Shown: one piece after another, positions 14,881-28,034 of the stretch
How positions within the stretch are numbered: the stretch's first letter is position 1
How the letters are laid out: each line of letters begins with the position of its first letter
NCBI GenBank assembly: GCA_951406725.2
Contig: OX597818.1
Coordinates: 119,350,001-119,414,000, forward strand
Direction of reading: 5' to 3'
DNA from: Octopus vulgaris
Taxonomy: Eukaryota
Length of the DNA: 64,000 nucleotides
Notes under the pieces: model-generated
Told to the model about the DNA's origin: nothing
The model's input: only the letters and a program-made list of their open reading frames with translations
Database searches by the model: none
Position numbers and translations under genes: made by a program

Positions 14881-15142
14881 CGACATTCTATAAATAGCAG
14901 ATAAACTTCCCTCAAATCGAATTCTATTCCCTCAATAAATAAAAGTTATGTATTTCACAGTGCAGTCTTACATATTACTAAACTAAGAACTAAAAAGGCA
15001 TGATGGTCGCTGTTTGGATGACTTGAGTAAGAGGTCGTCTCGACCATAAACAGCAACGTAGTCAAATAACATATGATCATTTTTAACCCGGGTATGTTTT
15101 GTTCATTAGCTTGTAATAGTTTCTTCTTTGCCTTTTGATTTA

Positions 15143-15295
15143 ATATAGTTTCTTCTAATTCCATGTAATTCGAGATACAGAGAGCAATAAAAAGGAAAGA
15201 AAGAAACGAGAAAAAAACAGTTGTTTCGTTAACTGTTCTTTTCTCGTTTCTTGCTGTCTGTATCTCGAATTACGTGGAATTAGAAGAAACTATGT
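15143..15295. mobile_element. Palindromic MITE-like element
   Basis: About 65 paired bases, 8-nt loop, one 15-nt purine bulge; TA on both flanks. Confidence 0.65.
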
Positions 15296-15547
15296 TACAT
15301 AGCACACGCACAAAATTGCTTTTTATTTGTTTATTGCTTGTGATGTATGGACCCAGGATTGCAGCAATGCGAAAGGTGAGGTTGCAAATGTTTTAGTTCG
15401 TTATGTAGAAGAGATTACGTAAACGGAGTTTGGGAGAATGATGAACATTATATAAACAATATTTAGCAGTAAAAGAAACAAAAATAAAAAGATACGATTG
15501 TATGCACTTTAGATAGATATTGTGATATAAAGATATTTTTGTTTTTT

Positions 15548-15860
15548 TTATTTATGCGCCCTTTTCAAGCCTAGCCAGGCTCAAGGCCCCGGTTTCCCGG
15601 TTTCTATAGCGTATGTGTTCCCCCTAGCTGGACGGGACGCCAATCCATCGCAGCTTTACTCAAGAAACAGGAAGAAAGAGTGATAGAAAATTGGGGCGGA
15701 AGAGTACAACAGGTGTCGCCACGCAACCCCCTGCCGGAGCCTCGTGCAGCTTTAGGTGTTTTCGCTCAATAAACACACACAATGCCCAGTCTGGGAATCG
15801 AAATTGCGATCCTCCGACCGCGAGTCCACTGCGCAAACCACTGGGCCATTGCGCCTCCAC
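15548..15860 (-). mobile_element. tRNA-derived SINE family C with V-domain-like 3' part
   Basis: Head GGAGGCGCAATGGCCCAGTGGTT...GGACTCGCGG...TTTCGATTCCC; 3' GATGGATTGGCGTCCCGTCCAG...GAAACCGGG. Confidence 0.8.
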
Positions 15861-16072
15861 AAATAAATGCGCCCTTTTTAAAGCCTAGCCGTGCTCAGGG
15901 GCCCGGTTTCCCGGTTTCAATGGCGTATGTGTTCCCCAGCTGGACGGGATGCCAGTCCATTGCAGCGTTACTCATTTTTGCCAGCTGAGTGGACTGGAGC
16001 AACATGAAGTAAAGTGTTTTGCTCAAGAACACAACAGGAATCGAAACCACAATCTTACAATCACGATGCTGA
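15861..16072 (-). mobile_element. SINE family D sharing the 3' part of the adjacent family C copy
   Basis: GTGTTCTTGAGCAAAACACTTT..TTGCTCCAGTCCACTCAGCTG body with the same tail. Confidence 0.75.
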
Positions 16073-16343
16073 CATGAAGAAATGTAGTTAATTATTTCAA
16101 TTATCTTGAACTACCTGATAGATATCGATCAGAACTGAAATGCTACCTAATAACATCACGCTCACTCAATGACTCACACTCACACACACGCATACATGAA
16201 CATATATACATACATGCATACAAACAAGTACAAATACACACAAGCACACACAAATACCCTCATGTACACGCACTCATACATTGGTGTGTATATGCATGTT
16301 CATGGATATATGCACAATTTTATAACGTATATATATATGGATG

Positions 16344-16396
<53 letters not shown>

Positions 16397-16423
16397 ACAA
16401 ACTTGTATACATAAACAAACATG

Positions 16424-16454
<31 letters not shown>

Positions 16455-17288
16455 CTGTAGAGAGAGAGAGAGAGGGAATAGAGATAGAGAGAGAAGAGGG
16501 AGAAACGCATATATATGTACGTATATATGTATGTACGTATATATGTATGTACGTATAATAAAATATTTTTTTAAAAACTGCCTCAAGATACAGTTTGTTC
16601 ACAGCAAAAAAGCAATTAAATAATAGTGTTTGACACCAGAAAGTGATAATGACATCTGAGAATATCGAGTATTTTGTTACCAATTGTTTATTTGAAAAGC
16701 AACTTTACAGCAAAAGAAAAACGAACTTTAATAATAGGCTTTATAATCAAATTTAATTCCAGCTTGTCCTAAACATGAATAGATGTCATGTTTGAGGTGC
16801 ACTCTGCGTAAGACGCTTCGCATGATAAATGTATTTTTCTTAAGCTTACGACAATTTTATTTTCTGATTCCTATAATGATTCTTTCTGCATATTGGATTT
16901 AAATTGACACAGGTATGTATAGAATCGCAAACACATCGGCAAATATCCATAACGAAACCAGTGGAAATTTATATGTAAAGAAAAATATAGTTTGAATTTA
17001 AGGAGTGTTTTCCATGTTTGTGTGTATGTACGTGTATATGTGGGTTTGCGGATGTGTGTATGTATCATGTGTGTATGCTGTGTGTATATGTGTGTAGTTA
17101 TACTGGGATCAGTAGTTGCATATGTGTTTGCATACAAAATCGTATGTCCTATCATTCTCGAATTCTTAAAATTCATACGATATAATTTACTGTTAAAATT
17201 TCGAAATCCACCCGGATCAGCTTTGGGGTCGATCAAATAACTAAGTCAAGCAGTAAGGTTAATGCAATCGTATACCATGCTCCACCAC

Positions 17289-17612
17289 AATAACAAAACT
17301 AAAGCAATTATTACAAGAAATTCTGCTTATTTGCAATGTCTGAATCTAATTTTTCACATGTAGCACATTTTTCTTAGTACGCATGGATATATACACTAAA
17401 ATATATATACACCAAAATATATGCCAAAATATACATCAAAATATATATACACCAAAATATACGCTAAAATATACACCAAAATATATACACCAAAATAACA
17501 AAACTAAGTCTTTTATTACCAGAAACTCTGCTTCTTTGCAATGTCTGAACCTAATTGCCCACATGCAGCACCTTTTCCTTAGTAGGCATGCATATATATA
17601 CCAAAACATATA
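17289..17612. repeat. Diverged direct duplication (about 205-bp period) with internal ATATACACCAAA minisatellite
   Basis: 17289-17410 similar to 17494-17612. Confidence 0.8.
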
Positions 17613-17934
17613 CATGTTAACAAGTATATATCTATGCATGTCCGCCTGTGTGTGTCCATGTATGTGTGCGTGCATGTGTCCGTGCGTATAATTGTTAATT
17701 CATTCTCAGCAATTGTTTGTGGACAGCAGCCACGCGAGTCTAGGTAAATCATCGTGTTTGTCAACACACAATTATGATAAACTCCTGACACTACGAACAC
17801 ATGGGACTATTCAGTGCTTTGCGTTTTTACCCCCTAACACCAGCAAACACTTTGCGTCTGTATTACAGTTACGTGGGTACATCTCATACAAGTACATATA
17901 CATACAGACTCATAAATTCATATATATATATATG

Positions 17935-18002
<68 letters not shown>

Positions 18003-18039
18003 TTGATAGATAGACAGATAGATTGAGAAAGAGAGAAAG

Positions 18040-18130
<91 letters not shown>

Positions 18131-18369
18131 CATATATATATACCTATATATATATACACATATGAGTATGTCTGTGTATGTATGTATATCTATGTATGTG
18201 TATTTTCCCCTGCCCCTTTCGTAATTTTTGTTGTTTTTTTTTCGCATTTGTGATTGATTTTTCTGTAGATTGTATTGATAATTAGCCATCATAACTCATC
18301 AAAATGCAATGAATCTCCGGATAAGAACGAGTGCATTATATTTTGCGTATCAATGCATTTATGAGTCTA

Positions 18370-18414
<45 letters not shown>

Positions 18415-18904
18415 TGTATGTATGTATGTATGTATGTATGTATGTATGTATATATGAATGCATATGTAAGTGTAGGCAGACGCATGGACACATGTATATA
18501 TATATATGTATGTGTCTATATACGCATGCGTACGTTGCTGCTTGAGTTTCACTATGTTGTTTGTGTGTGTAAATGGCTGAGTGATAGGTGTCTGCATCGG
18601 CATTTATTTGTATTTGCGTCAGGCTTTAAGTGTGTCTGTTAGTGTGAGCGATTAATTCTAAATGGGAACATGGTTCTAGGCTGATGCAATTAGACTGGCA
18701 TGCAATTAGCTACATCACGAAATAACTTAGTCCAAAAAGATAGATATAGCAGAGCATTGATAGACGTTAAAAGGATGTTATCAACGTTTTAATATCTTCC
18801 ATGCGTTCCATTGTAATCATAATAATCCAGCTGAGACACGCGCATACTTTTACTTCTAGACAAAATGATTTCGTAAAGTGACTGGATGAAATCCATATCC
18901 GTAC

Positions 18905-18952
<48 letters not shown>

Positions 18953-19012
18953 ATGCATGTATATCTATACATATATATATATGTATTACATATATATATA
19001 TATATGTATGTA

Positions 19013-19108
<96 letters not shown>

Positions 19109-19185
19109 GGTAGATATAGATATATATGCAAATATACCTGTGTTTATATACGTATGTGTTTTCTGCATGTATGCGTGTGTGTATA

Positions 19186-19255
<70 letters not shown>

Positions 19256-19355
19256 CATAGATATAGATATAGATATAGATATAGTTATAGATAGAAAGAT
19301 AAATAAATAGTTATAGATGTATATGTATATACACATGTATATATATATATATATA

Positions 19356-19398
<43 letters not shown>

Positions 19399-19649
19399 GT
19401 ATATTTATACATATATACACACATAAATATATATATGTATGTACATATATATACATTATATGCTTAGATATATATATACTTATATATGTTTACGTGTATA
19501 TATTTTTTTATATACTCATGAGTATATATTTATATACATGCAACACTTATACATACACACACAGTTTCACACATGTGCACACATATATTTACACACACAC
19601 TGCCAGAATGGAAAAAAATAGATAAAGAGTTATATGACTAGATAGATAT

Positions 19650-19742
<93 letters not shown>

Positions 19743-20173
19743 CTGACAAACGTTTGGTTGTGTGCCTATGCGTGTTTCTGTCACTTTGCAAGGTGGGTAG
19801 TATTAGACTCTCTCATGACAGCAATCTTCAGTAACTGTTCCGAATAGATTCAAAACGAATAGTTTTGTGTATTAAATAGGCTTATATTTCTAATCTCAAC
19901 AGAAACAAAACAGGCGTTGTTATCCCGCCCACTGCTCTGTCAGTTTGAGTTGAAAAACCATCATCGTATCAAACTAATTGCTTTTATAATTAAATGAAGG
20001 CAAAATTAAACAATCGAAATATAATCGCGCACAAATAGATTCACATGCGTAGTAGTATATCTGTAGATAGATAAACGAAGGTGCACGCATATATACTTAT
20101 ATGCGTGTATATGTTTATATACAAATGCACATATAGATATACATATATGTGTGTGTATATGTGTGTATGTACG

Positions 20174-20292
<119 letters not shown>

Positions 20293-20347
20293 CATGCATA
20301 TTTATATATATATCTATACATATATATATATAAATATATGAATGTAA

Positions 20348-20408
<61 letters not shown>

Positions 20409-20415
20409 TCAACTA

Positions 20416-20590
20416 GGCGCAGGAGTGGCTGTGTGGTAAGTACCTTGTTTACCAACCACATGGTTCCGGGTTCAGTCCCACTGCGTGGCACCTTGGGCAA
20501 GTGTCTTCTAGTTGTTCGACTAAAGGCGGTGCTCCAGTATGGCCGCAGTCAAATGACTGAAACATGTAAAAGAGAGAGTAAAAGAGTAAA
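20416..20590 (+). mobile_element. SINE family A, internally deleted
   Basis: Head joined directly to tail. Confidence 0.8.
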
Positions 20591-20613
20591 GACTATATAT
20601 ATATACATACAAT

Positions 20614-20665
<52 letters not shown>

Positions 20666-20979
20666 TCAACGATATGTATGTATATGTATATATTTGTATC
20701 TGTATATCCAACCGTTTCACACAGTGACGTAGCGATTTTCTTTGAACATTATCTTGTACGTATTCCCCTGTACGGAATACTCAGCCATGTCTCACACTGT
20801 TTTAGTTTGTAGGCTGTTAATTTATTGGTTAATCGTTTATGCCATAGCATTTCAAGACTGATCGGGAATATGGCATTTATGTGTGATTGTTCTATGTCTT
20901 TATCGCAACAATCGTTAAGAGCATCAATGGCGACCAAATCCCAGCTATCAAAATTATCAGCAAAACAGTTTGCAGATCT

Positions 20980-21208
20980 CTTTACTCTTTTACTCTTTTA
21001 CTTATTTCAGCCGTTTGACTGTGGCCATGCTGGAGCACCGCCTTTAGTCGAGCAAATCGACCCCAGGACTTATATTTTGTAAACCTAGTACTTATTCTAT
21101 CGGACTGTTTGCCGAACCGCTATGTTACGGGGCCGTAAACACACACGCACCGGTTGTCAAGCCATTGTGGGGGACAAACACAGACACACAAATCCACACA
21201 CACACACA

Positions 21209-21263
<55 letters not shown>

Positions 21264-21402
21264 GTACGACCTGCTTCTTTTCAGTTTCCCTCTACCAAAA
21301 CCACTCACAAGGCTTTGGTCTGCCCGAGGCTATAGTAGAAGGCACTTGCCCAAAGTGCCACGCAGTGGGTTTGAACCCGGAACTATGTGGTTGGTAAGGA
21401 AG
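20980..21402 (-). mobile_element. SINE family A
   Basis: Reverse-complement homology. Confidence 0.85.
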
Positions 21403-22774
21403 CAATTTACCTTCAATTTTATAGACTAGTATACTTATGACTAAAGAAATTACGAGTTCGTGTTGTTCAAATAAAAAAAAATGATCGAGTTCCGTAGTAC
21501 ACCTATTCCTAGTTTAAAAGATGGCCAGGTATAACTGGCAGACAAAAGAAGACGATAAAAATGACAGCGTTAAGGAAGGTGGTAAACATCTTTTGAGCTA
21601 GAAATCCAATACAATGGATACTCTGTCGTTCCATTGTTCGAAACACAACAGATAAAAAAATATTGGGTGTCAAAAGATGAAAAATTTATACGAAATTATA
21701 GGAGACGGCTCCGAAGGCGGAAGAAGTTTTAAAACTAAGATTATTATCATAATCCATCCGAGAACGTATAAATACAAACACATAATGAAGAACATTAACC
21801 TCAATACAGAGGACAACTTTAATGTTGACATACATGCCGTTCTATTTACACTGTTTTCATTTCCACGTTCTTCAATTTCTGCGACTTTATTTGAATAAGA
21901 GAACATTATTACACGTTGCTCATTGTTTATAAACATGACTGAAGCTTCTGACACCATATATGGGTTCAGGGGACTCGAGTGCAGTCTGGCAGTGCCTGAT
22001 AACATTTATTTTGTAAATCGACTTGTATTTCTGTACTAGTTAATTTATCTGTTCCATTCCGCTATTATACTCTTGATTTTCCAGACGCTGTGGTGCCTTT
22101 CTTAATAATATTATATCACGGAGGTATTTAAAGAGCAAGGCTCTCTCTATGCTCCACCTATCATTTTTTTCTAGGGATATCATGTTGGTTCTGATATTAT
22201 TTCCTCTTCCCATGGACCAAGCACTTACCTGCTAAAACCTTACACGTGAATTATATTTTAAAAGTCTTCTTCATAATTTCTGACAATGTACCCAAACCTG
22301 TGAAGCCAGATCCCCACATGGGTGTTTCAATGTTGGAATACATTACGAATGACTTGTCATTTTCCACAAGCAACTCTAGTTGAATTTATGAAGCGATATC
22401 GGATGTGCTAGCTGTAAAAAATTTCTTTGACATACTCAGTTGTTGGCAGAACTACAGTTTTAATTTCTTTGAGTTTGACTCTTTCATGTGAAAGCATTAT
22501 GGTAATGTCCACTGGAATGATCGATGCTTTTACAAGTCTACAATTAATTACACAGATCATGTGAACGATTCTTCAAAGAATATTCTTAACGTCTTTGCAT
22601 ACTATTGCATCCGATTTCTGATTCCCAACCTTCATTGAAATCGAGTCTATAAAAAATAGTATGCAACTATTTTGTTAGGTTCAGCATGTGTGATAACTTT
22701 GTGTTATAATTTTGTACCATTGTATGAGAATTCAAATATTTAATACAAAGTTATACGACCATATGTAGGTTCGT

Positions 22775-23006
22775 AATTACACAAGTTTGCAAACAATGGT
22801 GATTTCTCCGACTTGAAAATTGTTAAAAGGTTTGGTTGAAACTTTATTTTTACTGCTATTCGCTGATGCCTCTGGTAAAACTAAGTTGACGAAAATACAG
22901 CTAGGATCATGACGAATGTTCTCCAAAAATTGGAGCGACGTGCGTGCTAATTTGTGGACGTGCATAAATTACATACACACACATCCTGCCTTTTATAGAT
23001 ATAGAT
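22775..23006 (-). mobile_element. Possible non-autonomous Helitron 5' end
   Basis: Minus strand starts a|TCTATATCTATAAAAG, a Helitron-type left end; no 3' CTAG hairpin found. Confidence 0.35.
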
Positions 23007-23896
23007 TGACTTCCTTTTTAACAAAGGGACTTGCCCACAAAAATAGTTCCCAGTATGCAACTGGAACTTAACCACCGCCTCTTAGAATATAAAAATAAAG
23101 ATTGGGCGAGTTTTAAATTCAGAATTCAAATAGTGTGGGTTGTAATAAAATACCGCAAGTCTATTTTCGATGCTCTGTCGATGCTGCCTCTTCACGCCTT
23201 TTATCCTCCTTATAGATATTGATTAATACTTTCACTAAAATCCAGAAAGAATGAAACTTCAGTTTTCAAAGTGCAAATAAGTATTATTTGAAACAAAAGA
23301 TCAGTTGAAAATATAAGAAACGAACTATTTTGTACAAATTCCTATAATTTCTACATTCAACAATCTTTTGTATACTATTTAAGTTTAAAAGCACTACTTA
23401 TTTTCTCCATAATATTTGCTAGGAAAAATCTAATCGAATATATTTATTGCTGTGTTTCAATTATTTTTTGTGTGTCCGTTCGATTGCTTTATTTTAATCT
23501 TTCTTTTTTGCTTATTTGATATTTTTGTTGCTCTTTTTGTTTACATATTTCTTTGTTTATGTGTTTTCCAGTAAATTCCAGTTATTTGTCACAAAACAAA
23601 GTGTTTCGTTTTTTTAAAGCAAAAAAACAACAAAAAACAACAACAAAGCAATGAAAAACAAAAAAGAAAAGTAATCCAAACATCACATACAATATGAATA
23701 TTCAGTTAGTTTTATTTTATACTAACTCTCACAGAATTAACAAGAAAACGAGAAAAGCTCCGTGAACAATACGCAGACAATGAGATATAAGCATAAAGAA
23801 AAGAGGAAATTTAGATCATAAAATACAAACACATACATACATACATACATACATACACACATATGAGTGTGTATACACGCATATACACATACAAAC

Positions 23897-23976
<80 letters not shown>

Positions 23977-24185
23977 GTATATTGCTCACAAAATAACAGA
24001 ACTAATAAACATCAACATGAAGTCGTTTTTACATTCAAAGAATTTTTCTATATATATTCACATATTTATGTACGTGTGAGTGACCGTGTGTGTGTATGTG
24101 TGAGCGTGTGTGTTATCATGTGTGTGTATGTGTGTGAGCATAGATGTGAGCGTGTCTGCGTGTGTGTGTGTGAGTGTGTGTGTGT

Positions 24186-24217
<32 letters not shown>

Positions 24218-25703
24218 TTTATATTATTCATTCTTCGCCTCCACACTGGTCGAAACAGTAATAATTTTCTTAAGATTATAAACTCGCTTTCAGCATTAAA
24301 AAAGAAAAAAAAACACCCACACACACATACACACATACACACATACACTCACACCCCTTATTCCCATACATATCTGTGTACATAGAATTATATACTATGT
24401 ACAAATATCTGTGCGTGTAAGTGAATACTTGTGTGTTTGTGTGTGTGTGTGTGTTTAAGCATTAAATCTATTTTCTTTGTCTAACATATTTGCTACATGA
24501 AACTAATTGAATCTGGCTCATAACAAACAACATAAATAACAGCGTAGGCAACATAACTAACAATATCAGAAATCAACAGCAAAGAAAATAGCAAATTTTC
24601 TTTCAATCTAATTATTTATTTATGTGTGTTTTACCCAAAGTAATATACCATAGGCAAATCTCAGAAATGTAAGGAAAGAAAAAATTGTTGTAAATTTCGT
24701 GATTTTTTCTCCATTATGCTTATTACGATATATTATCTGCGTAGATTAAGGGCCGAAAGACTAAATTCTTACAATGTAGTAATAATGTTGCTCCAGGTAT
24801 ATATTGTCCCTTTCAAAATGAAGACAGTAGGGCAAGCTGCAATATGTAGCGTTTTATTACTTGTTATGCATTTTTAGATATCTGGATATTCTACGTCTGC
24901 TCTAATGTCTAATCAGATTTTGGATATCATTTCTTTTTTTTTCTTTTTACATTGTTAATCAGCCTCAGGCCACCTCTGACATGGCACCTATATGAAAGCT
25001 GTTTATCACATGAATATATCACTTGTATGTACACTTATATCACAGTGTGTCCCACAATTTGTCTGCACAGTAGAACATGACTTTAGTGAAATTTGGTAGC
25101 TATTTCTAATAGCTCAAATGATGGCATAGAGAGTTTCTGTTTCGCTTATACTTTCAAGAGAGGACACGGAGAACAGGGACAAAGTACAAACTTTTCTGTT
25201 CTCTTCTATATGAACTTTTTGATGCTTAATTTCATCGATCCAAGAGGATATTGCTGGAGCTGGCGTATGCAAATCAGGGTAGTTACCCATGAATCTGCAC
25301 ATGGAAAGCTCTCTCTCTCTTAGTCACAAGGAATGGCATGATTTTTTGTGGAACACCAGCAGTTGGTAATACAGTATATCTCCCGTATCAATATCATCGA
25401 CGCTTTCCAAGCCAAATGGAAGAGCCAAGAAAGCTTTACGTCAATCTCGTAATGGAGCTCATGTCATTGAGAGCTGGTTACTTATAATTTTGTCCGAACT
25501 TCTAACAGTTTCTCAATCTTAATTAAAATTTTGTTAATTAGCAAAATCCCCATTGTAGCTCTACAACCATTGATAATATTCTATTGTCCGACACAAAGCA
25601 TACATTCATTTGTTTGTTATAAGAAGTTTATATAATATTCATTTGTTTCCGAAGAATATTAACCAAATAACAAAAAGATTTGATGTTAGAGAAGCAGATT
25701 ACT

Positions 25704-25793
25704 ATAAACGATTACTATAAAGTATAACATCTTCATAAACCAAGTCTTTCAACTTGGTTTATGAAGATGTTATACTTTATAGTAATCGTTTAT
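25704..25793. repeat. Perfect 42-bp inverted repeat, 6-nt loop
   Basis: 25704-25745 is the exact reverse complement of 25752-25793. Confidence 0.95.
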
Positions 25794-26120
25794 TTACAGC
25801 TGAAAAGACGCTTGTTTAGAAGTATGATCCACCAGGATTATCCTGGGGTTAAATAATAAGTAGCTTTGATGAGTTGAGAGACGCTAATAGCTCCAAATTT
25901 TCTATAAAATCTCATCGTAGGGTCTTAGGAATGAAGTGCCATTTTGTAATGTATTCTTTGAGATATTAACTGAAAAAAATGGTCATGGCTGGACAGCCTT
26001 TGGGCATAAGACTTAATTCAGAGGCGTCCTAGATCTAAAGAACGACACGAACAATAGCAACAACATGGACACCGACATTTCCAACATTGTTGTTAACGCT
26101 GATATTGCTAAAGCTGTTGC

Positions 26121-26162
26121 CTTCTTCTTCTTCTTCTTCTTCTTCTTCTTCTTCTTCTTCTT

Positions 26163-26193
<31 letters not shown>

Positions 26194-26671
26194 AAATCAG
26201 GACTCACGCCATTTGCTACAAAGAATAATATCTTAATTCGAGCCTACTCTAAGCTACTAAGAATGCGTGCGGCAACTTGAAGATCCACCCACCACACGCG
26301 ATAGACTGGCCGTTGCACGGGCGCGAAATCTACGTTGTTATCCTCATTCCGTAAACGGTGGCTTTTAACGGGTGGAGAGCTGAACCATCCTTGGGTACAG
26401 AGGATTAATAATCTAGACTACGGTCTGAAAGTTTACCACACCATAGTGGGTTACACCATGGTTCCTCTGCTTTGTGGCGGAAGTAGGAAGAAAGATTGAG
26501 AGAAAGTTGTGGTGAAAGAGTACAGCGGGGTTCACCCCCACTTCCGCTGGAGCATCGTGGAGCCTAGGTGTTTTTGCTCAATAAACACTCACAATGCCCG
26601 GCCTGGGAATCCAAACCGCGTTCTTACGATCGCGAGTACGCTGCGCTAACACCTGGGCCATTGCGCCTCCA
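26121..26671 (-). mobile_element. SINE family C head with long alternative 3' region and (AAG)n tail, in the intron upstream of the neuropeptide exon
   Basis: Head at 26671; (CTT)n 26121-26192; possible TSD aaagctgttg / aaatctgttg. Confidence 0.7.
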
Positions 26672-26974
26672 CCAAATCTGTTGTTGCGGATGATGGTATT
26701 GTTTATGCTGTTAACGAAGTTAAATAGTGTCTGTTGCTGCTGATATTGTTGTTTTTAGCAGATATTTGCTTGCAGTATTATTGTTATTATTGTCAGAGAT
26801 GTGACTAAGGTTGTTTCAATTATTACCTTAATTCGGTGTTGCGGTAACTAATTAACTATTGATAACAACGAATTGGAATAAATGAATAATTTCTCATTTT
26901 TCATATTTTTTTTCGTTTGAAAAGAAAATGTGTAATGACATAATTTATTTTGGTTGTCTAAACATTACCGACTG

Positions 26975-27013
26975 TTGATTTATATTCTTTTTTTCTTTCC
27001 TGGTTTATTTCAG
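26975..27013 (+). other. 3' splice acceptor of the neuropeptide coding exon (implies an upstream non-coding exon)
   Basis: ttctttttttctttcctggtttatttcag, 12 nt before the Kozak ATG. Confidence 0.8.
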
Positions 27014-27025
27014 ATATTTTGCACC

Positions 27026-27683
27026 ATGACTCCAAGCAGCATGTGGATGAAGGTACTTTTCTGTAGTATCCTACTTCACCTATACGTTGCCCAATACACA
27101 AGATCTCTAGAAACACATTCCGAAGATGACAGCGAATCTGACAAACGAAGTATTATAGATGACGATTTCAAATCACTAGATCCAACATATTATCCTTCAG
27201 GCCTAGATAAACGACAACAGCAATATTCAAAATTGGGCAGAAACATCCGTGTCATTGCACGTGGTATGGACCCCATGATGTTCGGTAATCTAGGAAAACG
27301 AATGGACCCCAACATGTTTGGATCATTGGGAAAACGATTCAACAGGGACGATAGAGAAAAGCAAGATAAGAAAATAGACCCATATATGTTTGGTAGCCTT
27401 GGAAAGAGAATGGATCCTGCAATGTTCGGATCTCTTGGGAAACGAATGGATCCAATGCTGTATGGTGGTTTAGGAAAACGCATGAGCCCCGACTACATCA
27501 ACTATGGCGGTAAACGATATGATCCAATGTTATTCGGAGGTTTAGGGAAAAGAGTGGACCCCATGTTATTCGGTGGTTTAGGGAAAAAGATGGACCCCAA
27601 TATGTTTGGAACCCTAGGAAAACGTATGGACTCTATGATGTTCGGTCACCTCGGGAAAAGAGATGTATCTGGAATCAAAGTAG
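27026..27683 (+). CDS. AstA: Allatostatin-A/buccalin-type neuropeptide precursor, main coding exon (219 codons + 1 nt; C-terminus probably on a later exon, or read-through to the stop at 27748)
   Basis: Polypyrimidine tract + TTTCAG acceptor ending 27013; GCACCATG Kozak start at 27026; hydrophobic signal peptide MTPSSMWMKVLFCSILLHLYVAQYTRS; acidic spacer; nine peptides (GMDPMMFGNL, MDPNMFGSL, IDPYMFGSL, MDPAMFGSL, MDPMLYGGL, YDPMLFGGL, VDPMLFGGL, MDPNMFGTL, MDSMMFGHL) each followed by G-KR/G-KK amidation and cleavage sites; resembles molluscan buccalin (GMDSLAFSGGLa); consensus donor AG|GTAAGT after 27683. Confidence 0.92.
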
Positions 27684-27689
27684 GTAAGT
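27682..27689 (+). other. 5' splice donor (phase 1)
   Basis: Perfect AG|GTAAGT shortly after the last peptide; the sequence beyond it loses precursor character. Confidence 0.75.
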
Positions 27690-27995
27690 CAAATCATTTA
27701 TTCGTTCACTTTTTGCGGTTTCGTTCCCTTATTGCGCCTGTAACTTAAAGAATACTCACTATAAGCTTTACGCGGGAACCGAAAAAGGGTCATAAACGGA
27801 CGGAAAATATAATGCAATATATAAATTCTGTCTTTTTTTTTAACGGTAAATGTCCAAGCATATATACATTATAATTAGTAAATATTCAGTTTAAACCCTT
27901 TTGGATAGAAAAAATGGAAGGTTAACTATAACATATCATCCTTCGATGCACCAAATATTCAAGCCACCATTGAGATATTTCTATGACTGTATGCA

Positions 27996-28034
<39 letters not shown>

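Noticed and set aside
21670-22770. Unique-looking block that could be decayed coding sequence
   Set aside because: Frequent stops and no recognisable motif.
26954-27025. N-terminal extension of the 264-aa ORF
   Set aside because: Starts at TTG and runs through the polypyrimidine tract and acceptor; ATG 27026 has Kozak context and begins the signal peptide.
27190-27483. 97-aa antisense ORF
   Set aside because: Shadow of the repetitive neuropeptide exon.
27263-27661. CRISPR-like periodic 36-nt repeats
   Set aside because: Coding peptide repeats in a eukaryotic exon; no spacers or cas genes.
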